From an uncultured Veillonellaceae bacterium (lineage in GTDB: Bacteria > Bacillota > Negativicutes > JARBTT01): a stretch of 64,000 nt of DNA. Position 1 is the stretch's first letter. Each line of letters opens with the position of its first letter. Below, in pieces: positions 59,655 through 64,000 of this stretch. Where the stretch lies: positions 1,216,001 to 1,280,000 of the forward strand of contig CAWDTA010000002.1 in the NCBI GenBank assembly GCA_963805085.1. Direction: 5' to 3'. Both the position numbers and the translations under genes were made by a program. Below the pieces are notes generated by a model. That model was not told the DNA's origin. It worked only from the letters and a program-made list of their open reading frames with translations, and ran no database searches.

Positions 59655-61370
59655 ATGAAGTTTATCAATAAAAATTTTTGTAAAGGCCTTTGGCAGTTGT
59701 TCAAAGGATATTGGAATTCAGAAGAAAAATGGAAGGCAAGAGGTTTGCTTGGTATCGTCATTGCTTTGAATTTTATAGCAGTCTATATAACAGTGCTACT
59801 TAATCAGTGGTATAACACTTTTTACAATGCATTACAAAATTACGATCAAGCCGCATTCTGGAGTCTGAATGGACAATTTGCGATTCTTGCTTTTCTTCAT
59901 ATTATAGTTGCAGTATACGCGATGTATTTACAGCAAATGCTCCAAATCAAGTGGCGGAAGTGGATGACAAATTGCTATCTTGATAAGTGGATGCATAATC
60001 AGACGTATTATAAAATGCAGATTCTCGAAGATAAGACGGATAACCCAGATCAACGTATCAGTGAAGATATCAATCAGTTTGTTTCCTTAACACTTAGTTT
60101 ATCTTTGGGATTTTTGAAGCAGATTACTATGCTGGGCGCGTTTATCGCTATTTTATGGGATTTATCTGGCGTAATTACGATCCCTGTTGGTAGTGATCAA
60201 TTTACGATTTATGGTTATATGGTTTGGATTTCGATTTTATATGCTGTTATTGGTACCTATTTAACGGCGAAAATCGGGAATCCTTTGATTCGGTTGAATT
60301 ACGATCAACAACGTTATGAAGCAAACTTCCGTTTTAATATGGTGCGGTTAAGAGAGAATAGTGAGAGTGTTGCTTTCTACGGTGGCGATAACCCAGAAAA
60401 ATCAGGGCTTATGGCACGATTTGAACAAGTATTTAAAAATTATTGGTCTTTAATGAAATATGGAAAGCGCTTAACCTGGTTTACCTCAGGGTATGGTCAA
60501 TTAGCAATTATTTTCCCGACTTTGCTTGCTGCACCACGTTATTTTAGTGGTGTGATGCAACTTGGCGGCTTGATTCAAACTTCCAGCGCATTTGGTCGCG
60601 TGCAAGATGCGTTATCTTTCTTTGTTGATAGTTACACCTCGATTGCTCAGTGGCAAGCGGTGGTAAAACGTTTGCTTGGTTTTGTGGAACATATGCAAGC
60701 GGTAGAAGAGTTAAAAGTTGATACGAATATCGCTGAGGTCAATGTGGAACGTTTGGCCATCAAGAATTTAACAGTAGCATTGCCGAATGGGCAGACATTA
60801 TTACAAGATGTGAATCTACAGGTTTCGTGTGGAGAAAAATTATTGATCACCGGAGCTTCTGGTTGTGGGAAGAGTACCTTCATGCGAACGATTTCAGGTA
60901 TTTGGCCTTTTGGTAAAGGTAGTATTGTTGTTCCACAGGGGCAAATACGATTATTTTTACCACAACGCCCATATTTACCATTAGGTAGTTTAAAAGAAGC
61001 AATCTTGTATCCGAAAGAGAACCTATTGGTTGATGATGAACGCATCAAAGAAGTAATGAAAGAGTGCCAATTAGGCGATTTCATTAGCAAACTATATGAT
61101 GACGCTGATTGGTCGCGTATTTTATCGCTCGGAGAACAACAACGCCTTGCTTTTGCTAGAGTGTTACTGATAAAACCAGAGTGGGTATTCCTCGATGAAG
61201 CGACTTCGGCACTTGATGAACCAACCGAAAAAGTGATGTATGAATTGCTAGTAGAGCATTTGCCAAATACAGCGATTATTAGCATTGGGCATCGAAATAC
61301 ACTGGTAAATTATCATCAGAAGAAATTGCATTTAAGTGGTGATGGTAGCTGGGGTATGGAAGCGATATAA
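59655..61370 (+). CDS. ABC transporter fused permease/ATPase (ABCD/YddA/Rv1819c-like)
   Basis: DNPDQRISED, EANFRF..VRLRENSESVAFY, GASGCGKS, PQRPYLP, LSLGEQQR and DEATSALD. Confidence 0.92.
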   Translation: MKFINKNFCKGLWQLFKGYWNSEEKWKARGLLGIVIALNFIAVYITVLLNQWYNTFYNALQNYDQAAFWSLNGQFAILAFLHIIVAVYAMYLQQMLQIKWRKWMTNCYLDKWMHNQTYYKMQILEDKTDNPDQRISEDINQFVSLTLSLSLGFLKQITMLGAFIAILWDLSGVITIPVGSDQFTIYGYMVWISILYAVIGTYLTAKIGNPLIRLNYDQQRYEANFRFNMVRLRENSESVAFYGGDNPEKSGLMARFEQVFKNYWSLMKYGKRLTWFTSGYGQLAIIFPTLLAAPRYFSGVMQLGGLIQTSSAFGRVQDALSFFVDSYTSIAQWQAVVKRLLGFVEHMQAVEELKVDTNIAEVNVERLAIKNLTVALPNGQTLLQDVNLQVSCGEKLLITGASGCGKSTFMRTISGIWPFGKGSIVVPQGQIRLFLPQRPYLPLGSLKEAILYPKENLLVDDERIKEVMKECQLGDFISKLYDDADWSRILSLGEQQRLAFARVLLIKPEWVFLDEATSALDEPTEKVMYELLVEHLPNTAIISIGHRNTLVNYHQKKLHLSGDGSWGMEAI

Positions 61371-61463
61371 GTGGATAAGACATCTGCAAGCCTAAGAAAC
61401 GATAGCTTGCTTTTCGTTTTATGTAAATAATAATTATTCTCTGATTTCATAAAATAAAAGTAG

Positions 61464-61517
61464 AAAAATAAGATCAGCCGCTAAATTTTATTATATTTAG
61501 CGGCTGATCTTATTTTT
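61464..61517. terminator. Bidirectional terminator
   Basis: AAAAATAAGATCAGCCGCTAAAT...ATTTAGCGGCTGATCTTATTTTT. Confidence 0.8.
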
Positions 61518-62401
61518 TATTTATATTTTTGTATATAATCCCAAAGTGTTTGGAGTGATGAAAATGTCTTCTTCTGTTTTTTGCGGGCGAGAACGATATG
61601 TTTATAAAAAGGCTTGACGAGCGGGATAACGGTAATATCAGGGCAATTGTAGTATTGCAGACCGCTTAGAGAGATAAGAGATATGCCAAGTCCGGCGTTG
61701 ACTAGGTCAACTCTGCGCCCAGGTTCATTACAATAGCTGATAATTTGGGGAGAGAATCCAGCTTTACGGCACTCAGTAAGAAAGATATCATGTGAGACAT
61801 TTTCAGGTGAAGGAAAAATGAATTTTTCGCCGTTGGCATCTTTGAGGTCAAGAATTTTCTTTTGGGCAAAAGAATGGTTATTGGGTACGATGCAGACAAA
61901 ATCTTCTTGTTCTAATGAAATGAAGTCAAAATCATAGTCTTTGATGTTATATGGTGCAGCCAAAAGTGCTAAATCAAGTTCGTTGTCATTTAGCTTGCGA
62001 CAAAGTTCTTTACTTAAGTTATTGGTTAGGGTGAAGCTGATGTCTGAAAAATTGGTATTGAACGATGATAGAATGTCCGCGATATTGATGTTGCCAAGTC
62101 CTGTAATCATACCAATGCGAATGGTATTTTGCCCGTGGCTTGGACGATGTTTTTGTAATTGATGCTCCAATGCCGAGATGTCATCGAGAATTTTGATGGC
62201 GTATTGCATAAAGTCTTGTCCAGCAGGTGTCAATTCTACAGGATGACTAATGCGGTTGATGAGTTTAATACCAAGGTCGTTTTCTAATTTGGTAATTTGC
62301 TGTGATAAAGCTGACTGCGAGACGAAAAGACGGTCTGCAGCACGTGTGAAGTGTTTACACTCAGCGACTGCCATGAAATATTGAATTTGTTTTAATAGCA
62401 T
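61517..62401 (-). CDS. LysR-family regulator
   Basis: HFTRAADRLFVSQSALSQQITKLENDLG, LTPAG and GLGIS. Confidence 0.96.
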   Translation of the reverse strand: MLLKQIQYFMAVAECKHFTRAADRLFVSQSALSQQITKLENDLGIKLINRISHPVELTPAGQDFMQYAIKILDDISALEHQLQKHRPSHGQNTIRIGMITGLGNINIADILSSFNTNFSDISFTLTNNLSKELCRKLNDNELDLALLAAPYNIKDYDFDFISLEQEDFVCIVPNNHSFAQKKILDLKDANGEKFIFPSPENVSHDIFLTECRKAGFSPQIISYCNEPGRRVDLVNAGLGISLISLSGLQYYNCPDITVIPLVKPFYKHIVLARKKQKKTFSSLQTLWDYIQKYK

Positions 62402-62645
62402 AAAATCACCCTTAAATAAGACTGTTAACGATACTGATCCAATCTTGATATTATATTTTACTATAATATCATTAACTGTAATTATTAATCAAATTATTTT
62501 TTCTAATAACAATAGTAGAAATTTGAATTGTACTTTCACGTAGAATATCTGTATGATGAAATCAAATTGATCCAGTATAAACGATTAAGATGCAAATGGA
62601 TACGATGAGGCTTTTAGTTTGGGTGTAAGAAATGAGGTTTGTAAA

Positions 62646-63782
62646 ATGAAAATATTTAAATTATCGCAATATTTAGAAGAATTGGAATGCCTAGTAAACA
62701 TTGATAGCGTTTCGTCTGAGCCTATGGGAACAACACAAATCGCCGATATGATGAAAGAAAAATATGAAAGTATTGGATGGCAAGTGAAAAAGCATCAATT
62801 TGCTCCAAGCATTGGGCCTTGTCTGGAAATTACCAATTGCGAGGCCTCTAGTTATGATGTTTTAATTTTAGCCCATATGGACACAGTTTTTCCAGTAGGA
62901 ACAGCAAAACAACGTCCTTTTTCGATTAGAGAAAATCGTGCATATGGTCCTGGCGTTATTGATTGTAAAGCTGGGATGCTCAGTGGATTTTATGCATTGC
63001 AGTATTTATCACAGCAAGGTGAACTTGAAGATAAAGCTGTTTGCGTGTTTTTAAATAGCGATCATGAGGGGATTAGCTCCAAATATTCACAGCATTACTC
63101 GCAATCCTTAGCAAAAAAAAGCCGATATGTACTTGTGTTAGAAGCAGGTCGTGCCAATGGAAATCTTGTCAATAAACGAAAAGGCATTGGTCGTTATTAT
63201 ATTACAACTCATGGCGTAGCAGCGCACGCAGGTGTTGACCATAAAAGTGGTAGAAATGCGATTGAGGAATTGGCACATTGGATTTTAGCATTGCAAAAGC
63301 GTACAGATTATGTCAAGGAAACAACGCTGAATATTGGTATGGTTTCAGGTGGAGTTTCAATTAGTGCAGTTCCCGCAGAAGCAAAAGCAGCACTAGATAT
63401 TCGTTATTACGATGTGAAAGAAGCAGAAGCAATTGAGCGGTTGATGCAAGATTTGATAGCAAATCCGCATGTAGAAGGAACAACAGCAGAGTTTTCTGGT
63501 GGGATAACGCGTCCGCCAATGATTCCGACAGAAAAGACGCTGAAACTTTGTCAAGCAATTAATGATATCGGGGCAGAAATCGGTGTGGATTTTGACTGGA
63601 TGGCAAGCGGTGGTGGATCCGATGGAAGTTTTGCCGCGGCAGCAGGAACACCGACGATTGACGGATTAGGTCCAGTTGGTGGCGGGGCGCATAGTCCAGG
63701 AGAATATATGGAAATTGATACGATTATACCACGTTATGAACTTTTGTGTAGAACGTTAGTGCATATTTTAAGAGAAAAATGA
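62646..63782 (+). CDS. M20 metallopeptidase (carboxypeptidase G2-like)
   Basis: AHMDTVF, GPGVID, LEAG, AAHAG, GGGSDG and DGLGPVGGGAHS. Confidence 0.9.
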   Translation: MKIFKLSQYLEELECLVNIDSVSSEPMGTTQIADMMKEKYESIGWQVKKHQFAPSIGPCLEITNCEASSYDVLILAHMDTVFPVGTAKQRPFSIRENRAYGPGVIDCKAGMLSGFYALQYLSQQGELEDKAVCVFLNSDHEGISSKYSQHYSQSLAKKSRYVLVLEAGRANGNLVNKRKGIGRYYITTHGVAAHAGVDHKSGRNAIEELAHWILALQKRTDYVKETTLNIGMVSGGVSISAVPAEAKAALDIRYYDVKEAEAIERLMQDLIANPHVEGTTAEFSGGITRPPMIPTEKTLKLCQAINDIGAEIGVDFDWMASGGGSDGSFAAAAGTPTIDGLGPVGGGAHSPGEYMEIDTIIPRYELLCRTLVHILREK

Positions 63783-63827
63783 AGTAGATAAAGGATTTGA
63801 CAAGTTTAAAGTTGGAGGGATCATTTT

Positions 63828-64000
63828 ATGCTGGAAATTTTTATTGCAGCAGTTATTACTATAGGAATGGGATTCCTTGTTATAAAAAAGTATAAGCCGC
63901 AGTCAGTTATTTTACTGGGAGGTTTGTTATTGCTCGGCTGTACGCTTATGATGGGAAAAGGGATTATTGCAAATAAACAAAGTTTAGGAATAGGTTGGTT
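63828..64000 (+). CDS. 5' part of a DcuC-family transporter, truncated by the window edge
   Basis: RBS GGAGG; MLEIFIAAVITIGMGFLVIKKYKPQSVIFTGGLLLL... resembles a DcuC N-terminus. Confidence 0.7.
   Translation, partial: MLEIFIAAVITIGMGFLVIKKYKPQSVILLGGLLLLGCTLMMGKGIIANKQSLGIGW

Noticed and set aside
60647-61285. 212-aa minus-strand ORF, and similar long antisense ORFs in MCP, RND and feoB genes
   Set aside because: In-register antisense shadows of well-supported genes.
1-64000. CRISPR arrays, rRNA, IS elements, prophage or defence systems
   Set aside because: I saw no regularly spaced repeat-spacer units and no transposase, integrase, phage or nuclease-type ORFs. The intergenic hairpins differ from each other in sequence, so they are not a repeat family.

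Overview
An AT-rich chromosomal window from a spore-forming anaerobic Firmicute. The combination of sporulation genes, an RND efflux pump and a Selenomonas-type PTP-like phytase suggests a diderm Negativicute (inference). The left half is housekeeping and signalling: a c-di-GMP-I riboswitch, nfo, a SAM-I riboswitch with metA-hydE, an H-NOX chemoreceptor, mgsA, trmB, a frameshifted dcuC-like transporter, a TetR-RND module and a cysteine desulfidase. A sporulation-rich block follows (SEDS protein, cotJABC, class B PBP, SASP, Spo0E-like protein, alr, ykvI), then serS and feoAB. The most notable part is about 19.6 kb (38.8-58.3 kb) that looks like a complete phytate/inositol-phosphate utilisation system. 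It has IolR with tandem 11-mer operators, Fe-ADH-iolJ-C-B-D-G-E (no iolA and no classical inositol permease), a GlpT-type organophosphate antiporter, a cytoplasmic PHP phosphatase, a secreted cysteine phytase, a dCache chemoreceptor, a roughly 970-aa multidomain metallophosphoesterase and a GntP permease. The window ends with an ABCD/YddA-type transporter and a LysR-M20 peptidase-DcuC module. I saw no rRNA, tRNA, CRISPR array, transposase or prophage. All calls come from reading motifs by eye; no database searches were run.
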